Virus record (IMG/VR): IMGVR_UViG_3300005805_000047
Span: 32,001-96,000 of that record
Direction: 5' to 3' (one strand)
Length of the DNA: 64,000 bases
DNA from: a virus
Part shown: positions 28,259 through 38,218 of the stretch, in pieces
How positions within the stretch are numbered: position 1 is the stretch's first letter
Layout: the number at the start of each line of letters is the position of its first letter
Translations under genes and position numbers: made by a program
Notes under the pieces: generated by a model
What the model was told of the DNA's origin: nothing
The model's input: only the letters and a program-made list of their open reading frames with translations
Database searches by the model: none

Positions 28259-31200
28259 ATGTCGCTGGGCGACGGGGAAAAAAACAAGGACATTCGCAAA
28301 AGAGCGAATGACTTTTTGTCATACGGTGTTTTGGGCTGCTGTCCCGGAGTTAAGGCACTTGGCAAGACAGTTGCCGACAAAAACTCTGACAAACAGCCAG
28401 AAAAGGCACTACCAAATGTAGAGAATAATGACGGCTATCGCTTTGACCCAAGTGGTAAGTGGGAGCCGGGAATGATGCTCAACCTGTTCCCCAATTCATC
28501 AAGTAGGGGCGCAATCAATGGCAAACCCAACTTTGGGTGGATTCCAGAGATGCCCGCGATGACACAGGATCAAACTGATCAAAGCTTCACTGAGAAATTA
28601 AAAAAACTTGCCGATGGACCACGCGTCGTTCAGGAAGTTTGGGAAGTTGATGACTCTGGCAATCCAACAAAACTTGTACAGACAGATGATCCAGATGCCC
28701 AAAATACTGAAAGCGACATAAAGGAAAAGGGTCTTGGCAGAACACTGAGAGAAATGAACCCCAACAACACCCTAATTGCAAGGGCGGCTAAACGGTTTGG
28801 GGTGTGGGTGGACGATTTAGGGAAATTTAGGTGCCCACCGGGAACACCAAATGCCAACCAATTCACAGATGAATTCGGCTCTACTTGCTTCGCCGTATCT
28901 GCATCGCAGATTGCGAATGCCGCCCAGGAGGGATTTGCATCGCTCGGTGCGTGGTGGAAGCGCAGGCAGCAATCCAAGCTCCCTTTTTATATAGACGAAT
29001 TCGGAAATGTAACCGAAAACATTGACATCGTCAGCGGACGACAGGAGTATCGTCGCGTATTTACTGGATCTCGAGCAAGAGTTCGTCAGCGAATGCAGGA
29101 ACTAGAGGACAATGTAAATGACCTGCTTCGCATTCATGGAATAACACCTTCAAGCAACAATAATGATGACCTCATTGCATTGATAGAGAAACTAAACCCA
29201 GATCTCAAGGGTAAGTTCATCACATTCAGGGATTCAACCATGATGAAGTTGACCCCATCGCAGCAGCAGAGGCTAAAAAGCCTTGGCATATCCGGTCAAA
29301 ATATTAGAGATTCAGAACGTGGATTCCTAATGAAGATTGCCGAAATGGCGCTTACAGACAGAGATCGATTCTTGCGGCTCGGTCTCGTTCAGGCGTCAAC
29401 GATAAGAATGCCCGACGGTTCAATTTCGGAAGCAATCACATTTGTGGCAAACCCAGATGCCCCACTTGGCGATGTCAAATACACCATAAAATATGACCCA
29501 ATTGAGATAGCAATAAATGCCAAGTCTCAACTCTTGGATGTTCTTGATCATCAGCGCCTAGGGTTAAGAACCACTGGGACTGCCAGTGATGAAGAAGCCG
29601 CAGATTTACTTCATCAGTTTGTAGTAAACGAGACACAGTGGGCAGGGGGTATGACGGCTTCCCTCGGGAAAAACCCATTTATGGCCAAGGGGACGCACAC
29701 GGCCATACATGAAATTGCCCACACAATTCAAGTAGACAAAATGATTGAAAAAGTAAAAGAACAGAAAGGTTCATCTGCTCGTTTATCCAAACTTACAAAC
29801 AGAGAAATTTTTGGCCTGTTGGCTGATGTTGGTGATGATATTGACATGGAGGATTTGGGTCTTGCTGTTTCTGACCTTGACCGAGTGGCATTTTTGGGTG
29901 GAAGATACGGAGCCGTAGAATACGGTAATAGAGGTGCAGTCAGTGAACTTTGGAAAGTTGAAGCAACTGCTGAACTTTATGCCTTGCGAGAAATGGGCGT
30001 AATTGAGGGCGACGACGTTGACAGAGCACTTGAATTCATGGATTCAATGCGTGGAACAAGAAGTCGAGAAATGCGCGAAGCAGGTAAAAAGAAAAATAGA
30101 AAAATAGTTGAGCGCGAAGCCACAAAGAGAAGACCAGCAGATGTTCCAGGTGCTAGAACGGCATCAAAACCCAAACGAGCAAAGTCGGTCAAAAGCCCCA
30201 AATCTGCGGCCACACTAGGGGATTCAATACTTGAAAAGTCTTTATCCAAGCTTGATTCGGAAGAAATTGAGGCACTTGAGAGAATTGGTGACCCTCGCAG
30301 TAAACAAATAATTTCTCTTGTTGATCCCAAAGGTTCCGAAAATGCGATTAAATCCATAGATTCCGGATATAAATTTGCCCGCAAACATGGTGCGGATTTG
30401 GACGAAATTGATGTAACTGATAGTTCTGCTGTTGAGCGTGTTGCCTACGACCCTAAACGCAAAAGGCTTTATGTCACCTACCGCGGCAAAGATGGTGAAT
30501 CCGGCAAGTCGTACTACTACAGAAAAGTAGATGAAGAAGTCGTCCTTGAACTCCACAAGTCAAAATCAAAAGGCAAGTCAATAAATGAAATAAAGCGCAC
30601 ACATGAAGTCATTGATATTGACAAAATTCCAGAAAAGGTTGACAAAAAAAATCCCGAAGAGGGGGACATTGCCTCACAGGTGCAGTTCAACCTCATACCG
30701 ACACTGACAGCCTTAGATAAGTCCGAAGTCGGGGAAGACATGAGGGTTGTAATTAGTGTCAACCCATCCAAGACCGGCGGCGAGATAGAAGATATCAAAG
30801 GGGTAACCACTGCCCGCATCTACCATGATGGAATATCACTCAACCCAGATGAGGTAGTTCTCGCCATTCCTTCTGATGCTCGCGGTATTCCGATTAAGGC
30901 AGGGGACTTTGACAGAGAAGGCACTGGATCAAACTCGCTGTTAATGATGCCACCAATGAAGGTTGCAGTAATTACGGACAAACAAGGAAAACGAGCAGAA
31001 CTGGTAGATCAGGAGTTCTCTAACACCACCCTGACCCGAATGCTGGATGAATGGCCTGCTGGTTCTGATGCAAAAGATGGTCGCCTATTCAATAGTTCAA
31101 GGAATAGGGTTGAGGAAATTGTCGCATCGCACATGGCGATGGGCGAGGGATCCGGAATGCTCCCAGATGGATCAACAACACCGATGTCTGCTCGTCGAAT

Positions 31201-32629
31201 AAGGACAAGAAATACCGATGTATTTGACCGCCACACAAGCAAGAGAAGTGCCACGACAAGACCGACAAAGTCCTACAGGGACAGTGTTTCCTCGGGGCGC
31301 ACTGGCTTCTCTTCAATGGGGACAATTGAAACCCCAGAAGAACGTAGTTTTGGAAGAATGTCCGCACATGTGGAGAATCTTCCCCCATTGCGAACCGATG
31401 CATCTATTGACCCAGAGGTTCAAAGAATAATCAAAGATGCAGGAGATCGGGATGTCTCTCAAATGATTGATGCGGCGGCTGCCGATTTCCATGAAGGAAT
31501 TGACAGAAGGCCACGACTACGGGTTTCTGATGACGAATTATCAAAAGTCATCTCAGACGGCGGTCGTTCATTTTCTGACCGAGGTCATTATTCAGCTGCT
31601 GAGCGAAACTATCAAACCCTTTATGGAATTCACCCAGATGTAGATGATATTGACAGGCCGGTATCCGGATACGTTGTTCATCCAGCACAAGACAGAGCAG
31701 CCCGAGATGCGATGCGACGGAAAGGTATTCAGGTTGGCGATGCACCAATAGAGTGGCCAAGTCAATCAAACCCCCATGGCGATGTTGATGCCGACGGTGA
31801 TATTGAGATAGTCCTCAAACCAGAGGTTTCTGGACGAACTGCTTATGGTTTCGGCTACGGAATTGACGAAAAGACCAGACCTGTTTGGATGAACTCATCA
31901 AATAACTCAGATATTGCCGATGCACTCGTTCACATGGACACAGTCAATGATCCAGAGGCATCCAAGACTCGAATGGTCAATGCATTGTCAGCTTTAGTTG
32001 ATGGAAATTATGGTTACTTCACAGATGTCTCCTCGGTAAAGCCGGCTGCTACGACCCAAAACGAGAAGACAGAGGACTTTATAAAACGCGTTGGCGAGCA
32101 TGCAAAGAATTCCAAACCACAACGTCTGGGTGCGCAGATAATGGGTGGCTTCGTAAATGAAGAAATAGCAGAAATTCGATACCCATGGTCAAAGGTGTCA
32201 AAGTCGTCATCGGATGTGGATATTTCCGATGTGGTAAATAAGGAGCCAATATCTGACAGACTTCGCCGTCTCGGCTTCACTGATGCAGAAATTGAATATT
32301 TTTACAAAGTGAATGGCGAAAGATCCTTGGATTACATATCGTCGGCGACAATGGCCAGCCTCAAGGATTACCGAAAGGCAATGGAGATCAAGAAGGACTA
32401 CGAAGCACGAGGCATTCCGGCAGTATCCTTCGCTCACCCAAACGGAATTGATCCCCTTGATATTTCATCGTATTCGGCTGACCCTAGCCCATCGACGACG
32501 ATTGAAAGTGCATTGGCGAGGGCAATCAATGAAGAAGTTGATGAACTCATAGAGAAAATGCTCAAACAAGTGCGCAAAACAAGGGGCAAACTCTGGGAAA
32601 TGAGGCCGAAAGCCGGTACTAGGACATGA
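28259..32629 (+). CDS. 1,456-aa multidomain head-associated protein (HExxH zincin, KTSC, degenerate ART-like and DUF3626-like regions)
   Basis: HEIAH at 29708, KTSC 30407-30606, EGFASL 28928, TGFSSM 31301, RPVSGY...IVLKPEV..RT...AQIMGG. Confidence 0.75.
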   Translation: MSLGDGEKNKDIRKRANDFLSYGVLGCCPGVKALGKTVADKNSDKQPEKALPNVENNDGYRFDPSGKWEPGMMLNLFPNSSSRGAINGKPNFGWIPEMPAMTQDQTDQSFTEKLKKLADGPRVVQEVWEVDDSGNPTKLVQTDDPDAQNTESDIKEKGLGRTLREMNPNNTLIARAAKRFGVWVDDLGKFRCPPGTPNANQFTDEFGSTCFAVSASQIANAAQEGFASLGAWWKRRQQSKLPFYIDEFGNVTENIDIVSGRQEYRRVFTGSRARVRQRMQELEDNVNDLLRIHGITPSSNNNDDLIALIEKLNPDLKGKFITFRDSTMMKLTPSQQQRLKSLGISGQNIRDSERGFLMKIAEMALTDRDRFLRLGLVQASTIRMPDGSISEAITFVANPDAPLGDVKYTIKYDPIEIAINAKSQLLDVLDHQRLGLRTTGTASDEEAADLLHQFVVNETQWAGGMTASLGKNPFMAKGTHTAIHEIAHTIQVDKMIEKVKEQKGSSARLSKLTNREIFGLLADVGDDIDMEDLGLAVSDLDRVAFLGGRYGAVEYGNRGAVSELWKVEATAELYALREMGVIEGDDVDRALEFMDSMRGTRSREMREAGKKKNRKIVEREATKRRPADVPGARTASKPKRAKSVKSPKSAATLGDSILEKSLSKLDSEEIEALERIGDPRSKQIISLVDPKGSENAIKSIDSGYKFARKHGADLDEIDVTDSSAVERVAYDPKRKRLYVTYRGKDGESGKSYYYRKVDEEVVLELHKSKSKGKSINEIKRTHEVIDIDKIPEKVDKKNPEEGDIASQVQFNLIPTLTALDKSEVGEDMRVVISVNPSKTGGEIEDIKGVTTARIYHDGISLNPDEVVLAIPSDARGIPIKAGDFDREGTGSNSLLMMPPMKVAVITDKQGKRAELVDQEFSNTTLTRMLDEWPAGSDAKDGRLFNSSRNRVEEIVASHMAMGEGSGMLPDGSTTPMSARRIRTRNTDVFDRHTSKRSATTRPTKSYRDSVSSGRTGFSSMGTIETPEERSFGRMSAHVENLPPLRTDASIDPEVQRIIKDAGDRDVSQMIDAAAADFHEGIDRRPRLRVSDDELSKVISDGGRSFSDRGHYSAAERNYQTLYGIHPDVDDIDRPVSGYVVHPAQDRAARDAMRRKGIQVGDAPIEWPSQSNPHGDVDADGDIEIVLKPEVSGRTAYGFGYGIDEKTRPVWMNSSNNSDIADALVHMDTVNDPEASKTRMVNALSALVDGNYGYFTDVSSVKPAATTQNEKTEDFIKRVGEHAKNSKPQRLGAQIMGGFVNEEIAEIRYPWSKVSKSSSDVDISDVVNKEPISDRLRRLGFTDAEIEYFYKVNGERSLDYISSATMASLKDYRKAMEIKKDYEARGIPAVSFAHPNGIDPLDISSYSADPSPSTTIESALARAINEEVDELIEKMLKQVRKTRGKLWEMRPKAGTRT

Positions 32630-33012
32630 TGGGCATACATGTAGCAAATTCGGGAAATAACAAGGTTTATTTCGTTGTTGACCCCAGAAACCAGAGGGAG
32701 AGTGGCGCCATAATTTACCCGACTGGTCAATCTACGTACTTTAATTTCTGGGGGTGGGTGTCAGCCAATCCAGAGATACAGAAACTCGAACAAAATGAGT
32801 TCCAAGAGTTACTTTGGGGTACCCCATTGCCGCAAGATGAGGAAATGTGGGAGGCGGTTTTCTTCTCCCGCACCATGCCACTCTCTGGGATAATTGACCA
32901 GCGATTGCTGGAAGATGTTGGCGGGGTGCGAACACCAGCAAAACCAAATGGCAACAAACAAGACTTGGCAAATCAGATAATGAAAGCAGGGTCACAAAAT
33001 GAACAACAATGA
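32626..33012 (+). CDS. hypothetical protein
   Basis: 128 aa, overlapping start/stop with neighbours. Confidence 0.65.
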   Translation: MMGIHVANSGNNKVYFVVDPRNQRESGAIIYPTGQSTYFNFWGWVSANPEIQKLEQNEFQELLWGTPLPQDEEMWEAVFFSRTMPLSGIIDQRLLEDVGGVRTPAKPNGNKQDLANQIMKAGSQNEQQ

Positions 33013-33664
33013 AATTAGATTCAAAGCGCCACAGGATGTTGTCCTAGATTTGCCACAAGAGCGCATAACTGGCGATATTTTGCGCGGCTATGGTCCACGA
33101 CGAGGCAACTTAGAGAATCTGCTTCGCTATTGGAGACCAATTATGAGAAAACCCGGCGGGTTCCGTCGTTGTCGAGTCATCTTGGCAAATCATCCAGAAT
33201 TGTACCCACTTGAGAGAATTTGTGCATGGCTTCATCACGAAACAACTGGTCTATGGCCAAACGAAGGTTGCCATCATCCGGGAATGAAAAATTGCAGAAA
33301 TAAACTCAAAAAACAAAATTGGAGTGATGCAGATTTCGCTAGACGCCTCTCTCGTGGCGGGAAACTTCCGGGAAACCTTGCGAGCAATATAGGCAAGTCC
33401 AAGCCACTTGGCAAAAGCCTGGAAGACATGGAAACATTTCTTACCAACTTTCATGCAACTGGCACAGACGAAGAGGTTGATGATCGTACTGCCTATAAGG
33501 AACTTGTAACATTTGTCAATGACAACGAAGAGTTTGCCGATTATTTGCGTGATTCGCAGAATTGGGAACATGAAGGCGAAGATGAAAATGGGCAAAAAGG
33601 CGTTGTTCCATTCAGATCCAAGTTTGACAATGATTGCTGTGGTGGTCTAGTTGAACGAAAGTAA
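32999..33664 (+). CDS. head-region protein with Cys/His motif (LRYW...PGGF.RC...CAWLH..TTG.WP)
   Basis: 221 aa; possible metal-binding domain; position in head operon. Confidence 0.65.
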   Translation: MNNNEIRFKAPQDVVLDLPQERITGDILRGYGPRRGNLENLLRYWRPIMRKPGGFRRCRVILANHPELYPLERICAWLHHETTGLWPNEGCHHPGMKNCRNKLKKQNWSDADFARRLSRGGKLPGNLASNIGKSKPLGKSLEDMETFLTNFHATGTDEEVDDRTAYKELVTFVNDNEEFADYLRDSQNWEHEGEDENGQKGVVPFRSKFDNDCCGGLVERK

Positions 33665-35624
33665 CTGCTGTCCACAAGTGGTGGCTAGGTTCTCTTTCGT
33701 TCAACCGAAAAAGAACCCCCAAAGCGTTCTGCATTTTTTTGAGAAGGGTAATCGCCGACTCATTGAATACAAGGCAGTGGCGATGCTTCATGGACATAGC
33801 CGACGGAGAGTAAAAAACTCATCCTCTGTTCAGGGTGTAATAAATTACAAGGGCGTGGGACACACGCTTCTTTCTCTTGCTGTTCCAGGTGACTCTGATC
33901 CATTTCGCTCTCCCGTCAGGTCGGCTTTTTATAGAGCCATAACACCCGGTGGTGGACGAAATCGCGGCGGTTCCCTCCCCGGCGAGAATCGTGGATACAG
34001 GTGTCCAGAGGGGTATGAATACGGTGGACGATTCACGGACAGCCGACTCTCAACATGTGGAATGAAGTTATTTGACATACCCGGACTTGGTAGGGCAATA
34101 GGAAATGCTCTTGCCTCCAGCTATGCAAATGCAAAACGAGGGGAAGGCAAACCGATTACTGGCGGTCCATACCCAGACGTCCAAGAAGGGCGACGTCCAA
34201 ACATACTTATCCCAAAGGTGGCGAAAAGAAACAGTCAATCAATGTTGCAGAACATTGATGCTCTCGTCAGGGAGATAGGTGGGTCAAATCAGAGAATGTC
34301 TCGCTTAGTGAGAAGGGATGGATTCGTTCTGGAACCACTCGTTCCACCAAGTGTGCTTCGTGTTATTCCGGATAATAGAAACATGGAAGGCGCATCCTAC
34401 TTAACCTCGGCCATGACTCGGAATGATTTTGGCAGAGAGGAAATGGGCATGCTCTCTAACAGTGGTGTTGAATCGTTGGTTTATGTAATGCCGGGTGGAT
34501 CAACAGTGAGACTCTCAAAGAACAGGGAACTTACAGTTGGTGAACGCAGGCGTTTTGGTCGCTTGATATCTTCTGCGGCATCAAAGAAAAATGACACCGA
34601 TCCACTTGCCCCAATTCGCTACGTAGTAGCAGAAGCTGGTGATTACCTTACATATGAAGAGAATTTTCCAGGAATACGAAACCCGCACCAACTAATAGGC
34701 AATGGAACCCGAGAACGCTGGGTAGATGAGGTGTTCGCTGGAAGTAGGGGAATGAAGAGGCGTCGAGTGCCGTCTGACGAAATGAGAGAAACAGAATCAT
34801 TTGGTCAAGTCAACTCACGCATAACAACGGTAGAGGGCGCCATCGCCCACATCGCCAACGGTGGGTCGCTTGGAGATTTGTCACCAAAGGTTTTGGCAAA
34901 ACTTCTCTCGGAACCAGATTACGCAAAGCGATTGGACGGAAACATAATTTCCATTGGTCCAAAGAAATATTCCCTGGAGAAGCAACGAGCAAAATACTCA
35001 GCCATTTCTGAAAGGCTCGCTGAGGACATGCAACAGTTCCTTGGTGTTGAATCACCAGATGTATTCCCAATAGGTACTGGTGACAGGAGAGGCTTCCTTC
35101 GTGAGCGACCAGAATCGGCAATTGTGGGTTCAAACATAAATAGAACAAAAACATGGGATGATATGCCCATGAGAGACATGGCTGGATTATTCGTATCTGA
35201 CATGATTACCGATGTTAGGGACAGAAAACCAGAAAGCATTGTTGCTGTTGATTTAGGCGATAGAACATTTGCAATGTCAATAGCAAACATTGGTGCTGGA
35301 CTCACAGATTTATCGGAAATTGAAATAGCCAAGCGAACAAAAATGTCTATTGAGGAAATGCTTCTTGGCAACGTTGGTTCAAGATATTCCGAGTATTACC
35401 AAAAACTCAAACAAGAGCAACAGGCCGCCATGCGCAGACTGATAGCAAATCTTTTGCAAAGGGCAAGAAAGTTCAATTTCAACCAATACAGAGATCGTCT
35501 TTCGGCAACCGGAGAACTTACCGAAGGTGAGAAGATACACATGGAAGTATTGGGAACAATTATTAAGCAACGAATCCGAGTTCTATCAAATTCTGGAGCA
35601 CTGAAAGAGGCATTGAGTGGCTGA
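33651..35624 (+). CDS. 657-aa head-region protein with RCP-FTD motif and C-terminal degenerate HipA/PI3K-like kinase fold
   Basis: SERLAEDMQQFLGVESPDV...LFVSDMITDVRDRKPESI pattern. Confidence 0.6.
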   Translation: MNESNCCPQVVARFSFVQPKKNPQSVLHFFEKGNRRLIEYKAVAMLHGHSRRRVKNSSSVQGVINYKGVGHTLLSLAVPGDSDPFRSPVRSAFYRAITPGGGRNRGGSLPGENRGYRCPEGYEYGGRFTDSRLSTCGMKLFDIPGLGRAIGNALASSYANAKRGEGKPITGGPYPDVQEGRRPNILIPKVAKRNSQSMLQNIDALVREIGGSNQRMSRLVRRDGFVLEPLVPPSVLRVIPDNRNMEGASYLTSAMTRNDFGREEMGMLSNSGVESLVYVMPGGSTVRLSKNRELTVGERRRFGRLISSAASKKNDTDPLAPIRYVVAEAGDYLTYEENFPGIRNPHQLIGNGTRERWVDEVFAGSRGMKRRRVPSDEMRETESFGQVNSRITTVEGAIAHIANGGSLGDLSPKVLAKLLSEPDYAKRLDGNIISIGPKKYSLEKQRAKYSAISERLAEDMQQFLGVESPDVFPIGTGDRRGFLRERPESAIVGSNINRTKTWDDMPMRDMAGLFVSDMITDVRDRKPESIVAVDLGDRTFAMSIANIGAGLTDLSEIEIAKRTKMSIEEMLLGNVGSRYSEYYQKLKQEQQAAMRRLIANLLQRARKFNFNQYRDRLSATGELTEGEKIHMEVLGTIIKQRIRVLSNSGALKEALSG

Positions 35625-36075
35625 CAAATACTCCGTCATTTATGACCCAGTAAACAAGGAACCATTTGCGATTATCTGCAATTCATCCGTTGCGACGACT
35701 GCTCACCCGGTTCAGAAAACTGCCGAAAGTTGGGCTATTCAATACAACGGTGGCACCAAGGAAATTCCGCACGGCATGACCTCCACTGATTTCGTGGAAA
35801 TGAATTGTGATTTCGTCAAGTCGTTCAAATCTGCATTTAGTAGACAAGATAGACTTCAGCGACGCGTGGAGATGATTACGGAGCCAAAACAAAAATTTGA
35901 CAGCAATGAAATTGTCTACGGAGTTGGGCCAACACAGGCAAGGCGACGCCCACTTGAAATGTCTCGAAAAGTAATGCCAGTTATCACACACATGCAACAA
36001 GAAGTGTTCAGGTCACGATTCATACATGAGGCTATAAGGACTGGAAAACGATGGCTACGAAAAAGAACAGCCTAA
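35617..36075 (+). CDS. hypothetical protein
   Basis: 152 aa, overlapping neighbours. Confidence 0.6.
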   Translation: MADKYSVIYDPVNKEPFAIICNSSVATTAHPVQKTAESWAIQYNGGTKEIPHGMTSTDFVEMNCDFVKSFKSAFSRQDRLQRRVEMITEPKQKFDSNEIVYGVGPTQARRRPLEMSRKVMPVITHMQQEVFRSRFIHEAIRTGKRWLRKRTA

Positions 36076-36650
36076 AAGACAAAGAGAGAAGGGCGTATGC
36101 CCTCCGCATGGCAATCCAGATGGGTTGCTCGGGCGCCCACAAAATGCCAGACGGATCATGGGCACCATGTGCATCAATGGAGGAACTTGAGAGGCTGTCC
36201 GATGCCGCCGAGAGTGGTGACTGGATGAGCAACAACACCCTTGCCGCCCTCAGGGCAAGGGATAGAAGGGCACGACGGCACAAGGTCAAGGATGCACTAG
36301 GACACCACCCCAACCGCATTGGGGGCAACAAAAAGCAATGGGGTTCCCTGTATTCAGTGGTTTCGGGCAAGGCTGCCGTTCCGATAGCGGCCCCCAGAGA
36401 TACCGACCCAGATGTCTTTGTGGATCCAGATTCTGCCCGCGTAAGGTCAAGACAATTGGGTTGTATTGGCATTTCTAGGCGGATTTCCAAGTCTGGAAGG
36501 ACGATTTGGATGCCCTGCACCAATATGTCCGACTATAACCGCCTATCCCGCAACACGTCCCTTGGTAGAAGGGGTTCAACGGCTGCCGAGAACAGACGGA
36601 TAAGACAAACCATTCAGGAAGAACTGCAAAAGATATCAAGAAAACGCTAG
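36051..36650 (+). CDS. protein with two GC.G...W.PC repeats (DUF3721-like)
   Basis: MGCSGAHKMPDGSWAPC and LGCIGISRR....IWMPC. Confidence 0.6.
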   Translation: MATKKNSLKDKERRAYALRMAIQMGCSGAHKMPDGSWAPCASMEELERLSDAAESGDWMSNNTLAALRARDRRARRHKVKDALGHHPNRIGGNKKQWGSLYSVVSGKAAVPIAAPRDTDPDVFVDPDSARVRSRQLGCIGISRRISKSGRTIWMPCTNMSDYNRLSRNTSLGRRGSTAAENRRIRQTIQEELQKISRKR

Positions 36651-36757
36651 TTGCGCTGTAAGCCTTTGATTATCTAGTATCTTGGTGAAGTATCGGTTGG
36701 GTGCTATACCTAAACTGGAATTCCATTCATCCAATCACTATCACAGAGGAAACCAAG

Positions 36758-38143
36758 ATGTCAGAAGACACAGGCAAGCTTCGCGAGTTGCAGTCAGCAC
36801 TCAGAGCGAAGATGGCAGAAAACAAGCAAATTGCTGACTCTTTCAAGGTCGAAGATGGCACAATCATCGTTGACCAAAAGAGGAAATCAGCATTCGACAA
36901 GAACATGGTCGAGATCAAAGAGCTCAAGGGCTTGATCGACGGCATGGAAGCACTCAACGAAGTGCGCGAGTGGGGTCAGGAAGCAAGCAGCCATTCGGTT
37001 GCCGCTGCCGCCGCGGCAGGTCACTCAGTTCCAACACGTCAACTTCAGAGCATTGGTGAAATGTTCTTGGCGTCAGATGAGTTCAAGTCACTCAATGGTG
37101 GACGCAACGGCGCAAACATGCCTGCCCCTTGGCAGGTCAAGGCGTCGCTCACGACCCACAACTACAACGTCAAGGACGTGTTCTCAGCGATGCCGTCCGC
37201 AGGAAACCTGTCGGGCTTCCAGCGCGGTGGCGGCCTCGGCGATTTCGGTTCGGTTCAGCGTGACCCGATGGTGGCTTCGCCAATGCGCACAAAGCGTGTT
37301 CGCGACCTCTTCCCAGTTCGTCGCACGACTGCTCAGGTCATTGAGTACTTCCGTCAACTCGGATTCACATCAATCTCAAATGCCAACTACGATGCAACAC
37401 TCGGTTACTCGACCGACAATGCCGCAGCGGCAGTTGCTGAGCGTGATGGCTCGACTTTCGGTGCAAAGCCTCAGTCGGCATTTCAGTTCGTTGGTGAGCA
37501 GGCTCCAGTTCGCACACTTGCGCACTGGGAAGCAGCACACCGCAACGTGTTGGCAGATGAACCGCAGCTAAGGTCAATCATTGACAATGAGTTGCTCTAC
37601 GGTCTCCGTCTCCTTGAGGACAATCAAATCCTCAATGGCAACGGCACAGGTGAAAACCTTAAGGGCGTTCTGCAGACAACTGGTATTCAGACTTATGACT
37701 GGAGCGACGGTGCATCTACGCCGGTTCCGGACACCAAGGCTGATGCGATTCGTCGTGCCGCAACCCTCTCGTTCCTTGCATACTACGAGCCTTCGGGCAT
37801 CGTGATGCACCCGAACGACTGGGAAGACATCGAATTGACCAAGGATGCGAACGGCCAATACTTGGTCGCCGTATCAGTGGCAATGGGTGGCGAGCCACGC
37901 GTCTGGCGTATGCCGGTAGTTGAGACCCCAGCAATCGCAGAAGGCACCGCACTTGTCGGTGCGTTCGGTACGGGCGCTCAGCTGTACGACCGTGAAGATG
38001 CAAGCATCCGAATTTCGGAACAGCATGCAGACTTCTTCATCCGTAACGCAATCGTGATCTTGGCAGAACAGAGACTTGCTCTCGCTGTCAAGCGCCCAGA
38101 AGCGTTTGTGAAGGTCTCCTTCAACGCAGCACCTGAAGCCTGA
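36758..38143 (+). CDS. HK97-fold major capsid protein
   Basis: GAGGA RBS before ATG 36758; coiled-coil delta domain; VRDLFP, AKPQS, VRTLAHW, L.D.PQL...I...L.YGL...ED.QILNG.G, MHPNDW, F.RN.I.ILAE.RLALAV.RPEAF. Confidence 0.95.
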   Translation: MSEDTGKLRELQSALRAKMAENKQIADSFKVEDGTIIVDQKRKSAFDKNMVEIKELKGLIDGMEALNEVREWGQEASSHSVAAAAAAGHSVPTRQLQSIGEMFLASDEFKSLNGGRNGANMPAPWQVKASLTTHNYNVKDVFSAMPSAGNLSGFQRGGGLGDFGSVQRDPMVASPMRTKRVRDLFPVRRTTAQVIEYFRQLGFTSISNANYDATLGYSTDNAAAAVAERDGSTFGAKPQSAFQFVGEQAPVRTLAHWEAAHRNVLADEPQLRSIIDNELLYGLRLLEDNQILNGNGTGENLKGVLQTTGIQTYDWSDGASTPVPDTKADAIRRAATLSFLAYYEPSGIVMHPNDWEDIELTKDANGQYLVAVSVAMGGEPRVWRMPVVETPAIAEGTALVGAFGTGAQLYDREDASIRISEQHADFFIRNAIVILAEQRLALAVKRPEAFVKVSFNAAPEA

Positions 38144-38168
38144 TAAAGGCTGAAGCGCTCTAAGCTTC

Positions 38169-38218
38169 ACCCCCGTCCAAAGCCTGTAATTTGGGCCTAG
38201 GGCGGGGGTTTTGCTTTT
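38169..38218 (+). terminator. rho-independent terminator after the major capsid gene
   Basis: ACCCCCGTCC (38169-38178) pairs with GGGCGGGGGT (38200-38209), followed by TTTGCTTTT. Confidence 0.75.

Noticed and set aside
36701-36757. Track start of the capsid gene at 36701
   Set aside because: ATG 36758 has a GAGGA RBS and gives a typical N-terminus
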